Source: Podarcis bocagei (lineage: Eukaryota). Taken from it: a stretch of 64,000 nt of DNA. Both the position numbers and the translations under genes were made by a program. The stretch is from assembly GCA_964188305.1 (NCBI GenBank), contig OZ076889.1, one strand, 5' to 3'. This document shows positions 36,666-49,689 of this stretch, piece after piece (the first letter of the stretch is position 1; each line of letters begins with the position of its first letter). Below the pieces are notes generated by a model. The model was not told the origin of the DNA, ran no database searches, and saw only the letters and a list, made by a program, of their open reading frames with translations.

Positions 36666-39600
36666 TAAGTCACAGAACACTGCATTCCTTGGGGTTCCAA
36701 TATATTCACCCCAATAATGTGTAGAAGGCTTTCTCCTCTTTTCAGTATTCAGGATACCGGTAGTCAAAACCATGACTAACCAACGTCCTGCTTTTATCAG
36801 ACATACCACAGGTAGCACAAAAGCCACAAATTTGTGCCATGCCGGGACAGGGCTATGGCATAGAACTAAGCCAGTATGGGGCTACCTAAGTACACAGTGC
36901 GCACCAGAACTGTGTAAGTTTGGAAATAATAAGCTACAGTTCTTGAAAGTCATGTGATTTTTTACCTCTCAATTCATTTAATATCCTTCATCAATATGCA
37001 GTATTCTAAGTAGAGTAAAGATAAAGTAAGGTTTGCTTCATAACCTTCAAGAGCAAGAGACTACAATATTCTCCTGGAAGTAATGTGCAGAACAGTTGCT
37101 GGCAGAAACTTGATAACTACATTTTTACACCAAGTGAGATGAGCAAATAAGTTGTGAACTGTCAATAGATGGTTTTTTGGATCAGGAACCTAAGTGCATC
37201 ACTTCTGTACCCACTGCTGGGCAAGACAGATTTATACAGAAGTAATGGTGGGTTGGGATTAGTCACATTCTGGCAATATGTAGCTGGTACTCCTCAGATT
37301 GCCTGGGGGATTTTTTCTGAAATATGCTCATCCTATGGAAGTTCTCTATTCCAAAAGATAGCTTTGTGTCATACATTCTAAATGTGAGAAGGAAGGGGGG
37401 AAATAAACAACATTATTTGCCATGATAAACCAACATAAGAAATCAAACATCCAAATTCCACACACTTTAAAAGTAGAACTAGAGTTTAATTCTATTCCAG
37501 CCTCTTTTGCCACAGATTGAATAGTAACTCATTTGATCTTACAGAACATCTAAGTATTTATTAGTTACATTTTCATGCCTTTGTGAGATTCAGTGGGCAT
37601 TTATGATTTTTTTAAACTTATGTCAAAGTGTCACTATCAGCAATGTTATCATAATAAACTGGCTATTCTTTGTTTTGCTTTGTATATCCCCAAATACAAA
37701 TGTAAACATATATCAAATAGCCATTAGCAACATTCCTCACAAATGCAATACAAATATAAAATAATGCCTTCCATAGGTCACATGAGGCACTCCTTCAATC
37801 AAGTATGAAGAAGCTGAATGAGGAGGTGTGGGGGACCGCCCTGTTTTGAAACTGTCACTCCACCTTGAAAGGACAGTTGCAAATAGCAAGTGACATCTCC
37901 TAATCCTCATATGAAGTAATAGGTGCTGGAAATGAATAGGAATCTTTACAGGGCCCAAAGTACCTCTGCCATATGAGGGAGCTAGAGAAATTATTTCTCA
38001 GATGACTGCCTATTTTTAAAAGATAGTTGTAAAGGTGTATCTCACATCACATGAAGCCAAATGTTATCCATAACCCTGTTAACTTCTATGATAGATTACT
38101 ACAACAGGCTTTAAATGTACATGCTACTTGAGTCGCTTCAGGAACCACAACCAGATTCTTAAGAGATCATATCTCATCTGTATTGAAAGAATTCTACTAG
38201 TTCCTGGTATGCTTCAGAATTCAATTCAAAGTGTTGGTCTTAACTTTCAAAGTGACACCCAGGGGCACCATAGTACCCTTAGACACATAACACTGCACAC
38301 ACCAACACAAATATTTAAAAAAAAACACACACAGGAAAAAATAGTAAGCTGTTTGGATTTTCTGTTATTTTGTGAATGTTTTGCATACATTTTTTTGGGG
38401 GGGGTCTGCTTTATTTGTTTTAGGGCAGTGTAGGATTTTTGTCGGCTTATTTTTCTGTGAAATGGGTATTCTGTGGTGCCCATGACAATTTCTTAGATTT
38501 CCAAATAATAATCTAAACCCAAAAGAATATAAAATAATGCCACATTAAATTATGGGAAGTCACAGCCATTAGTAGTACTGTCTTCCATCTATTAAGGTAA
38601 GAATCAAAATGAGGAACAAGTCACCCAAACTGTTGGCTTGTTTCATAGATTGGGATATCCAATTGCTTGTTAGTCCTTTGAGCTTATCCAATATTAACAC
38701 CAATCCAAGCTATGCTCAAATGATGTCAATATAGAGGAGTGACCTCTATTGATGCTGTAATCAGTTTGGCCACAATAAGTTCTCAACACAGCAATGAAAC
38801 CCAATACAAGGGTTAGGAACTATAGTATTGGTTGCTGCCCTGTTTTCTGAACCTTGAAATAACTTTTATGTTGCATTGTAGCTTATGAATTTATTTATTT
38901 TTATTATTTGAACACATATTGAGAAAGTTTCATGCCAAAAGTAAGAAAACAAGATAGGCTATAATAGTAGGAATGGCAACTTAAAAACATTTATATATAT
39001 ATTAGCTTACATGTATAACCAATATTGCTACACAATTGTGAAAGGCCACTCTAATAGGATATTACTATACGCTAGAAATGTTAAATTAAAATCATAGCCT
39101 GTGCAAAAAATAACCAGCTATTTCTGAATATATGGGCCACGTAAAATAAAATGCTTTCTATTAGGAGGTAACTGTGCATTAAATCTAGTTCTGAAAACAT
39201 GATTAAATTATAGAAATAACATTAAAATATAAAATTTAAGCATGGGGGAATGATGGCTCACAATCTTACTAACTTCATGCAATGTTTAAAATGTGTAAAA
39301 TAGATAAACATACACAGTTGATAAAACAGAAGTCTGTCCAGGCATACTGCAAGAACCTCCTTGGTTATCCAAAGAGGACTCTTGGTAATATATACCAGCT
39401 GCTTAATTACACGCCTAACATGCACACTGTGCTATTTTAATGATAATTTTTTCGTTAAGTTTTGCCTAGGAAATATTTTGTGCATTTTCCCAAAACAAAC
39501 AAAAAATTATTGCATCATCCCTAGCACACTACATCTAGGTCTGGTTCACACATCATTATTATTTCCTACATTTTGCCAAAAAGGAGACCAAGGCAGCTAG

Positions 39601-40607
39601 CTATGATCATAACACTAAGCCATGGTTTGTTTGATTGTTCAAACTTAGCAGCTTAACTATCACTTGCTTAATGCTAGCAACCTTGATTTATTTTAATCAG
39701 CATTACATGTGAATCTGGCACCCTTCCTTAAACTTTTTCTTTTTTTTGTAACCCCCATCCTAGATGCTAATGAAACATGAAGCAACAGCAGCTGGAAAAC
39801 AAAACAAACTTGGGAGAAATAAGTTAGGACTGGTCTGATCACCTGTGAGACAATTCATAACTAACTCGTGGTCTGTTAAACAAACCATGGCTTTGTGTTA
39901 TGTGAGAACAATATCATAGCAAGGGAATACATTGACATTTTATTGACATCTTTTAAGATACTTTAATATCAAACTTCTTAATATTAGCTGAGACTCTGGA
40001 GACCTATATATGTTTTCTGAAGGCTGAAATCCTAAGTACAGTTACTTGGGAGTAGCTCCCATTAAATACACAAGCTATAAAAAGTTGAGAGAACAATGCA
40101 ATAGCCAAGGCCAAGAACTGCTGCAGCAACAAATAACTACTTAGGATAGAGTACAATAACTTGTTTATGAAAATTATACAATGAGAGCTACAAAGTGCTT
40201 TTCTACAGTACAAAGTGAAATAAAGAAAGCAAAAATATCTTGTAGGAATTCAAGCCTAACCACCACCAATCCAAGCATTTTTCAGTGAACCTGGTTTAAG
40301 AAATATAGGAATTATTATATGCATTTGTATATTGGCTCCTAAAGATCCACTCTTCCACAGAAAAAGAGTGAGAAAAGAGCAAACTGGACTGAAGTAGTAG
40401 GGGAATGAGATACTTAACACCATTTTCCCTCTCAAATTCCTTCCCCTATTCTGCAAGGTGCAAATGTGTGTTTGCAAAGAAAAAACACATCTAGGACAAT
40501 ATTGTGTTTGTGGGTCAAACTTAGATAGCATCCCAACACTGTATGACACTTATTTAGAGAATTTGGCTAGCTTTTAGAACTCTAGCATTCTCAGCATTCC
40601 ACTGTAT

Positions 40608-40743
40608 CAGGCATCCCCAACCTTCGGCCCTCCAGATGTTTTGGCCTACAACTCCCATGATCCCTAGCTAACAGGACCAGTGGTCAGGGATGATGGGAAT
40701 TGTAGTCCAAAACATCTGGAGGGCCGAAGGTTGGGGGTGCCTG
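40608..40743. mobile_element. hAT-type palindromic MITE (136 bp)
   Basis: About 55-bp inverted arms CAGGCATCCCCAACCTTCGGCCCTCCAGATGTTTTGG... TSD CACTGTAT / CACTATAT. Close relative at 52329-52464. Confidence 0.9.
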
Positions 40744-40857
40744 CACTATATTTTAACAAGCAATTGCACTCGTTTCTTTCTTGTTCTTTCTTGTCACCAA
40801 CTTTTTCAATAATTTGAACTATTTCTGTAAAATTTAACAAAACCAGAATTCATATAC

Positions 40858-41025
40858 CCGTATTTTTTGCTCTATAACACGCACCCGACCATAACACGCA
40901 CGTAGTTTTAGAGGAGGAAAATCCGTAGGCATGCCACCCGTAGGCATTCCCTCCATAACACGCACAGACATTTCCCCTTACTTTTTAGGAGGAAAAAAGT
41001 GAGTGTTATGGTGCAAAAAATACGG
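40858..41025. mobile_element. CCGTA-ended Tc1/mariner-type MITE (short form)
   Basis: TIR CCGTATTTTTTGCTCTATAACACGCAC / GTGAGTGTTATGGTGCAAAAAATACGG followed by TA. Confidence 0.85.
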
Positions 41026-41439
41026 TAATTGCAGGCACAGTTGTCACCAACCAATTCATAATCTTAATTTGAGATCATCCATAAACAGCAGAAATAGAAC
41101 TGCAGTTAAGGATACTTGCTAATAAAATTACTGTAAAAGGAACGCAATCTACAAATTCAAAATGAACAAAAAAAAATTGTGCTACTAAAATCCAGTCCTC
41201 AAAATACCTAATTTGCAACTAATATGCAACATGTGTGACAGTTAAAACACATTGCAAAGAGAAAATGCATTATTTTGAACTTCCCTCACAAACTTTATAT
41301 AAAATTATTCTAGGCATATTTTGCTTGTCAGAGGTAAAATCCCAATCCCAGGAAACAAAGATCTCAAAATTACAAGATAATACAAATGATCTTGTAACAG
41401 ACTCACATTAAAACTTGTTTGGGGGGGGGGATAGTGCTT

Positions 41440-41750
41440 AAAAATGGAAAGTGTAATACTGGTGGTCAACAAAAGAGGTTTTAGGACTCCCTCAAGGCAA
41501 ATCTAAAAAAAATGTAGTATAAACACAAACAACTGGGAAACACTGGCCTGCAAGAGTCCCAACTGGAGAACAGCCTTTACCAAAAGGTGTCATGGACTTT
41601 GAAGATGCTTGAACTCAGGAAGAAAGGGAGAAATGTGCTAAGAGGAAGTGGAAGGACATGTGGATCCAGAATTCACCTCCACACTTACGAATTCACTGTT
41701 AAGACCATGTTCATGGAAGGTAATCTTACTCGGCTACAAGGGATCGCCAA
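41440..41750 (+). mobile_element. RTE-clade LINE 3' fragment
   Basis: Broken frames give KNGK..GGQQKRF.DSLKANLKK, NTNNWETLACK.PNWRTAFT and GRTCGSRI.LH, typical of the RTE ORF C-terminus. Confidence 0.7.
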
Positions 41751-42569
41751 AGAGAAAAGGAGATTCAAACAATCCGGGACAAACCAGGTTGACTGTGCAA
41801 GTTTACAGAGGAATGCACAACCGTGCACAAGTGGTACCTAAGGCAAAGATTTGTAAATGTATTGCAGCATGTACTTTGCAGGCAAAAGCCCATTTCATCA
41901 AAGAAAATGGTGACTACAAGTAGAACCATGTGGCTCTGCAGATTTCCTAGACTCAATCAGCATGGCCAGGGTGTTGTAACACAGTAACATCTGGAGGGCC
42001 ACAGGCTCCCTTCGTTTTCTACATAAAATCTACTGTGGGTAATATCCTGCTCAGCAATCAACAGCAAGTGGTGCAAAATATGCTTTCAGAAACTAACAAT
42101 AATGTACTCTGCCAGCCTGCTTACCTTTGCTTTTTCTAGAATACCTTACGGGCTTAAAAAAAAAAGTTTGATAACCAAACTTGTGAGGCAGTGCAGCAGA
42201 GAACAGGATTGGCAAACAGGGCTCCAAATTAGGGCTGCTGCATGGTGTTTATTTTGCTGGGTCTAGTTTTCCTAAGGAACTTGCCTTGCAGGCCAAATTG
42301 TCTCCCAGAGCTGATCGCGTCAGTTACAAGTCCTTTAGCACATTAACACCCAATACTATAAGATACTCAACTAAGGCAAGTCGAAAGTAGCCATGTGGCC
42401 CTGACTAAGGTATTTTGAACGAAAGGTGGGCATTGGAGGTGGTCGAACTTTGCGGGAAGAGGTTCCACGGAACGGTTTTAAAGGGCTGAGGAGCCAAGTG
42501 GGCTGACCGAAGGAGCATCAACAAAAAGATGACATGGGGGCGCCCTCAAGACTATGTGGGAACCTGTGG

Positions 42570-43790
42570 TGAGAACCTGAGGCGCGGTGAGGGGGGGGGC
42601 GCCACGGAGCGGCAGTTTTGACTGTGGGGAAAGCGCAGGGGGGAGGGGAGGAGCCCGACGTGCACAAAACTCTCGCAGGTCTAACTCCCCGTGACGTTCA
42701 GCCCCGCCCCCACGCGCGTCGTCGGACTTAAAGAGGCCGGGCCTAAAGGAACTCACGGCGCGCCGCCCCCTCCCTCTCTCTCCCCCTCCCATCCACCTCG
42801 CTTCCCGGTTGCCCGTTACCATTATTACCCATCACTCTCAGCGCAGCGCCGCCATCCTGCCTCCGGCCAGCTCCCACGGGAACTAGGGCTGACCTCGCGA
42901 GAACTCCCACCTCAACGCGCGCGCACACCCCTCCCCCTGCCTCCTGCGAGCCCCAACATGGCGGAAGCGTCGCGCACGTGTCCGCGTGTCCCAGATATAC
43001 TGTATATACACAACAGCGCCCGCAGTACGCCGTGCGCGCTCCCCCGCGCACGTGGAAAATGGGAGGGCGGACGGACAGAGAGGAGAGCAAAATGGTCAAT
43101 GGCTGAGGGAAAGGAGCGGTTACGTCGCCGCGCACGCGCACGCCGCACCTTTCGGTTCAGCAGCTGGGATTCGAACGAGGCGCGCGAGCCTCTTCCTCTC
43201 CCCCCTCCCGCTCCCGCACGCGCAGGTCACATGGGGATATAATACCTCCCCCCTCCTCCTCTTGTTCGCGCTCTCCCTCTCCGCGCTCCTTCCCCCGGCC
43301 CCCTCCTCTCACCCGCCGCACCATCCGGGTCTCTCCGCCTCACCAGTTTCACCCCCTCCCCCGCGCGCGCTCGCCCCGAGGGAGGCGGCCTGACCTGGTT
43401 GCTGAGAGACGCGAAACTCAGCCCCGTGGGACCGAAGCAGCGGCTTCTTGTTCACTTCGGTCCCTCTCAGCGGCAGCCGCATCAGACGTCAGCGCTCGCT
43501 CGCTCATCCGCCCCCCCCCACTCTACCCAACGGCCGCTTGACTCCCTTCAGCGCCGCGCGGCGGCGGCTCCGCTTCCGCTTCCTTCCCTGTCTCCCTCCC
43601 TCCCCCGCCTCCCTCCCCCCCCAGCCCCATTCCCTGCGCAGCCCGCGAGTGGGGGCCGCTCCCTGCAGCTCCGCCTGCTGGTAAACGCAGGGAGGCGACG
43701 GAGGCGGGAAAGAGGCTCGGGACGGAGCCGCCCGGGAGCCGGTGGGTTGAGCGGTTGGGGCTCTTCGTAACTCTTGCCAGTGACCTGTTT
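42570..43790 (-). promoter_or_regulatory. ZZZ3: CpG island / ZZZ3 promoter and non-coding first exon(s)
   Basis: Abrupt GC- and CpG-rich block in an AT-rich background, upstream of the ZZZ3 coding exons. Contains YY1-like (CGCCAT), NRF1-like (GCGCACGCGC), CACGTG, CRE-like (GACGTCA) and CCTCGCGAGA motifs. Candidate minus-strand donors at 43395/43394 and 42757/42756. Confidence 0.85.
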
Positions 43791-44460
43791 TCAGTGTTAG
43801 CAACCCCCCAAAAATCTGGAAGCACCCCAAGATGACAGATTATTGGGGCGAGAACCCTCCCACTGCGTCGCAGTTTTGTGCCCACCAGAGGTCTCTTGGG
43901 GGGCTTCCTGCCATCAGGTGGGGGATGGGATGGGGGGAGTTGGCGAAAATGGGGCTCAGGCGTCTCCTGTTGACATAGGAGCCGAAATATGATAGGCATT
44001 GCCATTCAAATAGGGTGCGCCCCACCCCAGTATTTTATTCAAGTTGGTACCCCTGCCCAGGAGCCACTTCCAGTTGGGCTTCGTTGAACCCGAAGTCTCT
44101 GTTGCCACAAGGAAATATCTTGTTGCTCATTCAGGCAGGCACAACTGGAAATCACCCGTTGATTTGAGAGAAATGCCTGTTTTGGATAGCTCCGTAATAA
44201 CAGGGAAAGTTGCCACAATGGTGATGGGATGATGCTCACCGTATTATTCCAAAGTTAGATATTAACTAGTTTGTCCCGATTAACCGGCTCTTATCGGTTG
44301 GGGCGGGGAGTGCACTCTGCAGCATAAGATTATGAAAGTCCGGGTTTAAAGTACTCGGTGCCTGCAAGTTGGGGGGGGGGAAGTTTTGCCCCCAGAGGAA
44401 ATATTGCCACATGGTATGGAATCATAGAACTGTAGAGCTGGAAGGGAGCACAAGGGTCAT

Positions 44461-45120
44461 TAATTAATATTATTAATAATTATTATTATTCTAGTATTTA
44501 TACCCCATCCATCTGGCTGGGTTTCCCCAGCCACTCTTGGTGGCTTACAACATACCGTATTTTTCTGTGTATTGGACAAGGTTTTTTGACTCAAAAATCA
44601 CGTCAAAAAACTGGGGCAGTCCAGTACATGGATAGTGGCATGGGGTGGGAGAAGTGGGGCGCCGCCAGCCATCCGGTTGGCAGGGGTATGGCTTCCCCCA
44701 ATGCCACAGCAGGTGGGGAATGATCTCGGGGTTGTTTCCTGCCTGCAGCTGCATGGGAGGGAGAAGCTGCGTGCCACCAGCCAGCTTGTTGGCGGGAGTG
44801 CAACTTCCCTGGAAGCCGCTGCGCAGGGGGTGCTCCCTGGGTCATTTCCCACATGCGGCGGCATCGGGGGAGGTTGCACTCCTACCCACCAGATGGCTGG
44901 CAGGAGCACAAATTCCCCTAATGCTGCCACGCGCGGGAAACAATCTAGGGAGTCTTTCTTGCCCACAGCTGCCTGGGAGGAGAGACTTAACAACTTTGGG
45001 CCATCTCCCCTCATTTTCTTAAAATTGAGTCCCCAAAAATATACAAGGGGGTGTCCAATATTTGGAAAAATACAGTATATAAAACAGTAAAATATCAAAC
45101 ATTAAAAACTTCCCAATACA
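44461..45120 (-). mobile_element. L2 3' tail fragment split by a MITE
   Basis: 44461-44552 plus 45078-45120 together are the reverse complement of the L2 3' UTR seen at ~18380-18510 (ccatctggctgggtttccccagccactct). Confidence 0.75.
44555..45075. mobile_element. CCGTA-ended Tc1/mariner-type MITE with GC-rich interior
   Basis: TA|CCGTATTTTTCTGTGTATTGGACA ... TGTCCAATATTTGGAAAAATACAG|TA. Confidence 0.8.
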
Positions 45121-45872
45121 TGTTGTCCAATCCCTTTCATTGCAGGAATCTTTTGCCCAATGTGGGGCTTGAATCCACAACCTCAAGAGTTTCATGCTCT
45201 GTTGACTAAGCTATTGCCAGTCAATGGTGGTGTACAGCAGGGGTCACCAGGCTCTCTAGACCAGTGGCACGTTTTGAGTATTGAGGGAGTGCAGGGAATA
45301 CCTGTCACAAAATACTACTATGGTGAAGCTTTTCCCAAAACTGTACTTACATACTGTAAAAGTTTAAGGTGTTGAACTGTCTGCCAAGCACCTCAGGTGT
45401 GTAATTTGTTCCACCATAAAATTAGTAGGCCTCACTGTTAAGTTATACATCATCACTCCCAAAGTAGCATTATTGATCAAATCAGCCTGAAAGTGAGGCA
45501 AGACTTCTAACCTGGAACCATACACATGCACCTTTTGCATGGGTTGCTACCATTTCAGCTACTTTTCACTGTTCACATAGATCTAGCTATGCATCCTGTA
45601 GTAGTAGGATACCCTCTTCCAATAATTTCCCCCCCATATTTAGAAACGGTACAAATTAAAATTAAACATCTGTTTTTCAGGATTTGTTAATATAACATTT
45701 CCAGAAAAACAACCATTGAATTTTACAGTTAATTCAGTTGTTAAATACAGACCTATCAACAAAAAGGGTGTCAATGCAACTCTAGTGCTGTTCCGCTGTT
45801 GCTTTCCTCACTTATGAAGTTTTCTGGTTTTAATTAGAACAGATGGTCACTGAGAGTAGAACTAGACATACT

Positions 45873-46107
45873 GGGCAGTATCCAGCTAAATAGCTCCACT
45901 ATTGCAAGAACTTTGCTGTTTGATAAAACTTCCCCACCTTCTTTCTATGACCCCTGGACTGCTCATTAAATATCTGCTGGGGGGGTGTCTCCCAACCCTC
46001 CAGAGCAGATTTAGGGGGTGTGCAGGAGAGGAGAGAAGGCAGGGAAGTTCCATTATACTGTACAGCTAAAAGTTCTGCCGCTAGCAGTGGTTTTATTGGA
46101 TAGCGTC
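45873..46107. mobile_element. Old MITE-like element; similar degenerate copies near 25735-25960 and 59674-60008
   Basis: Loosely inverted ends (gggcagtatcca... / ...ttggatagcgtc) and a shared core (gagcagattt.ggggg.gtgca.gag.ggagagaag). Highly decayed. Confidence 0.45.
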
Positions 46108-49100
46108 TACTTCAAATAGCTCATGATTAAAAAATAAACAGTGACTCTGTGACACTTGTTTGGCTGCTGCTTTTGTAGGGAAAAACCTCACACTACAATA
46201 ATACTATATCACTTTAATTTATTTAATATAGATTAGATATTACTGGGCAATCGAAAGCAAGGACATTTACCGGTAGTTAGAACATGCATCTACACTTTGC
46301 ATCAATCTGTTTACTCTCTTCAGATTGCCTCTTTACTAAGGAACTTCATTGTTTGTATTTATTTGTCTGAAAAGCAGCTATTAAAGTGGCCTTTAGAATG
46401 GCAGAAGTGTGGTACTGTGTGACCCATACAGCTCTCCCCACCATCACCAAATATACTGCTACATAAATAAAAAACCTAGCATTTGGGGTTCCATGATTTC
46501 AAACACATAATTGCAGGTTGAAAATGTAAATTGCTATGTTTGGATGCTGATGAAAGCTTGTGTCATTAAACTGTTTAATAGAAGCTTTGATGCTTACAAT
46601 CAACCATTCTGACATCATTTTAGTCTCTTGTATTTGGTCTGTGTTCTCCTTCAGTAGTAACATCTACCTAAACCGATTCTACTTTAAAGTCAATAAAAAG
46701 TATGCATTACAACTTTTTCTTAGTTCACTAAATACAAAATTAACTCTGATACACTGTCAAAAATCAAAGGATACTTTTAAACAATAGATCAAAGTTTCAA
46801 TTTAAATTTTGAATCATAGTCACTGTTTAACCCACAGAATGAAGCGGCAATTAGAATTTTTAGCAAGCATTAAAGAGTAGGCTTGGTAACAGGATTTGAT
46901 AAAAAATCTTGTGCCTGTTTTTGTAGATACTTGGCCCTGGCTAGGATGAAGGAGACACACAAGTAAAAACATCAGTCTGTGCAATATTTCAGTTTGTTTG
47001 ATCTACCATTTGAAAGTCAGGAGGAGAAAGGAGAGGGATGTGTTGCTATGGCAACAAGGACATCTGGATTTGAAATACCATATACAGAAATGCACCCAGA
47101 ATAGGTAAAATAGGTTAAGGTAGAATAGGTTAAGCCAAATAAGGAATTAATTTTCCTGAGAAATTAAATATTCACACATTGTATGATGCACAGATAACCC
47201 AATAATCCTAAATCTCCTTTTTTTGGTCATATTTAAAAATAGCAAGCACTTCTCAATTTTCATTTTATCAAGCCTAAAATATTTATGAAGCCATTTATTT
47301 AAGCAAATGCTTCTGGCTTCACGAATTACACCCAAAGCATTTGGGTACATACACAAATTACTATCTACATTAGATAAGGCAACTACGTTTTGCAAATAGT
47401 CATAGTATTTGCAACTGGCAAAGGCTATTCCTACATTTTTTCTATAACCATAAAGGCTAACATATGTTCTGTGGACCAGAACCATTGTTTTTAAGTAAAA
47501 CGTGAGTGGTGCTTATGAATGTGTACTAACCTTCATGCAAAAAAATCTTGGGGGATCTAAAGAGAAGGGTATGAAGCTTCCAAGTGCAACAAGAGGACCT
47601 CTTGATAAAAAACATGTCCTAACTTTACACCGTAATGACCAAGAAGCTAGAATTAAGATGAGATTATGATACAAATAAAGATAAATGGGAAAGTAAAGAG
47701 TCTTGTTTCTCAAAGTTTGGGTTCTCCAGAGGCAGGAAAATGATTTAGTCTACCCACAGTATTTTCCAAACAAAGTAGATGATACACATGCTCCTATATG
47801 GAGAAATATAAAGCAGAACACGGGCAACCTTCCACAACTGCCAGAAAGTCTCAAGAATCCCCACACAGAACCTCTATTAATATGCAGAATGGCATGCAAA
47901 TTTTAATGTTCAACAGTTCAGTTCTAAACACGTTTATTTGCAGGGTCCATCCGACAGCCTTGTTATCCGACTCAGAAACTTGTATATACACATTTTAAAA
48001 AGTAGTCTGCCACCTCCTCTCAGAAGACAGAACTTGTGGTTTTTTTATTTTTAAAAAATGTCATTTGATCCCAAGGTAGAACTCAAGATCAATGGAGAAG
48101 AGTATATTCCTACTTCCTTTGTGTGTCCTTGCTTATTTAGTTACCTTACAAGAGGAATGTGGAATCTGGCCCTCCAGATACTGTGGAACCCCCCAACTCC
48201 AATCAGCTGCAGACCTTATACTTATAGCCAGTGATCAGGAATATGATGGCTTGGTTAGGTTGGCCCCCACCAAGGTCACAGGCCCAGGGGGTACAAAAAG
48301 CACACCTCTGCACTCTGGTTCAGAGTGGCTAGGAGGACACCAATACAGCTGCTTGCCAAGTGCACAAGGGAGCCTAGGTATGCCTCAGGTTGTTGGGAGT
48401 TGGAATCTGGCAACTTGTAGAAGGCCGCAGGTTTGTCACATTTGCCTTACAACTTTATCAGCCCTAGACATGAGAAACAAAAGAAACCACTCCTCATTCC
48501 TACAGCGCACAGTCAGCTGCACAGATACAGAATTGGTATGGCTGTGGTGTGATGGAGAGACGTAGCCATTCAGTTGCTGGGGGAGGGCCAGCATCTTCTA
48601 CAGCTGGGTTCTTGGCACCTGTTCACCTACACAGAGGTTTCTATACCTACCCTCTGCATGTGCAAATGGGGCTTTTCAAGCAGTTCTTGCAGGTAGTCCT
48701 TTACTTCTCTCACTATGGAAGGAACAGCAACCAATATGCTTTGAGTTTCCGCAGAAAGCTACCAAAGCTAAGGTCAGCATCCTTCTCCACGACACCCTAG
48801 GATAATTTTATCTTCAGATAAAAGATTGGCCTCTAAGGATTTTGTAAAACCAAAATGCCACTATTTTAAAGGGCTGAGAAACTGCTTTTACAGCAGCTAT
48901 GACATTACTTTGTAAATACAATTCCAAGTACTCAAGCTCTTGAAGTCTTCGCTGCTCTTTTAAAAAAACAGGCAGAAGGTAGATCCAGTGCAAATGGCCA
49001 ATGCTTTTGTTTAACACAAAAATATTAAACAATGCAAGATCTCATTTGTCTCTTGCATATGAAGAATCTCGAGGTCTTAGTAGCAAAAGTATGATATGAA

Positions 49101-49269
49101 AGCAACAACGGATTCCCCCCACTAATATTTTACTTCTATCCTGGGATCAAGGTGTCTTGTGCTTCAATAGTAATTTTATAACCTAGTGGAGCAAAGTCCC
49201 TATCCAAAGCTTCATATTAGAACAATTAGCATTGTTCTCCCAAAGAAATGATTTTATTTATTTTTTTAG

Positions 49270-49428
49270 TGTGAAGGCAGTTCAATGGTAGATCATCTGC
49301 TTTGCATGCAGAAGGTTCCAGCTTCAATTCTCAGCATTTCCAAGTACGACTGGAGAGCCGCTGCCAGTCAGTGTAGATAATACTGAGGTAGATGGTCTGA
49401 CTCAGTATAAGGCAGCTTCTGATGTTCC
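49270..49428 (+). mobile_element. tRNA-derived squamate SINE (Squam3-like)
   Basis: Decayed A/B-box head (tggtagatcatctgctttgcatgcagaaggttccagcttcaattctcagcat) and tail ctgactcagtataaggcagcttc. Confidence 0.7.
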
Positions 49429-49683
49429 ATTTACTAGAATGAAATTATTGTTGCACTTTCATCCTCTGGACTGCCATTTGTACTACAAGTAAACCATTTT
49501 GACTCAGAGGTGATTATGCTTTTGAAGGTTTCTCCAGTCAAAATGGATCTTCCCTTTCATTTATGAAATTGTACATTAAAGCACAGCAGCAACCTATAAT
49601 ACATATTCCTAATATATATCTTGAAATTAAAGTTCAATCACTTGCTTAAAGTTCAAACACTTTTTATCATTTTACCATTGGTT

Positions 49684-49689
49684 TTTATT
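49684..49689 (-). terminator. Candidate USP33 polyadenylation signal AATAAA
   Basis: Minus-strand AATAAA about 985 nt after the USP33 stop, at the end of an AT-rich, repeat-free 3' UTR-like stretch. No transcript evidence available. Confidence 0.5.

Larger units (their letters stand above)
44419..45220 (-). mobile_element. tRNA-derived SINE with CR1-type tail, split by later insertions
   Basis: tRNA(Lys)-like head on the minus strand at ~45125-45220 (agagcatgaaactctt...ggattcaagccccacattgggc) and CR1-type tail at 44419-44460 (ttccagctctacagttctatgattc). The same junction is uninterrupted in the copy at 61083-61175. Confidence 0.65.

Noticed and set aside
42478-44025. Cluster of 100-180 aa ORFs on both strands
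   Set aside because: Pro/Arg/Ala/Gly-rich low-complexity translations, as expected from a stop-poor CpG island. No recognisable domain.
44545-45098. Several 120-170 aa overlapping ORFs
   Set aside because: Confined to the GC-rich interior of a TA-flanked MITE, with no recognisable homology.
49270-49345. tRNA gene (also tRNA-like sequence at 45150-45220 and 62600-62673)
   Set aside because: Decayed boxes, no intact cloverleaf, and continuous with SINE bodies.
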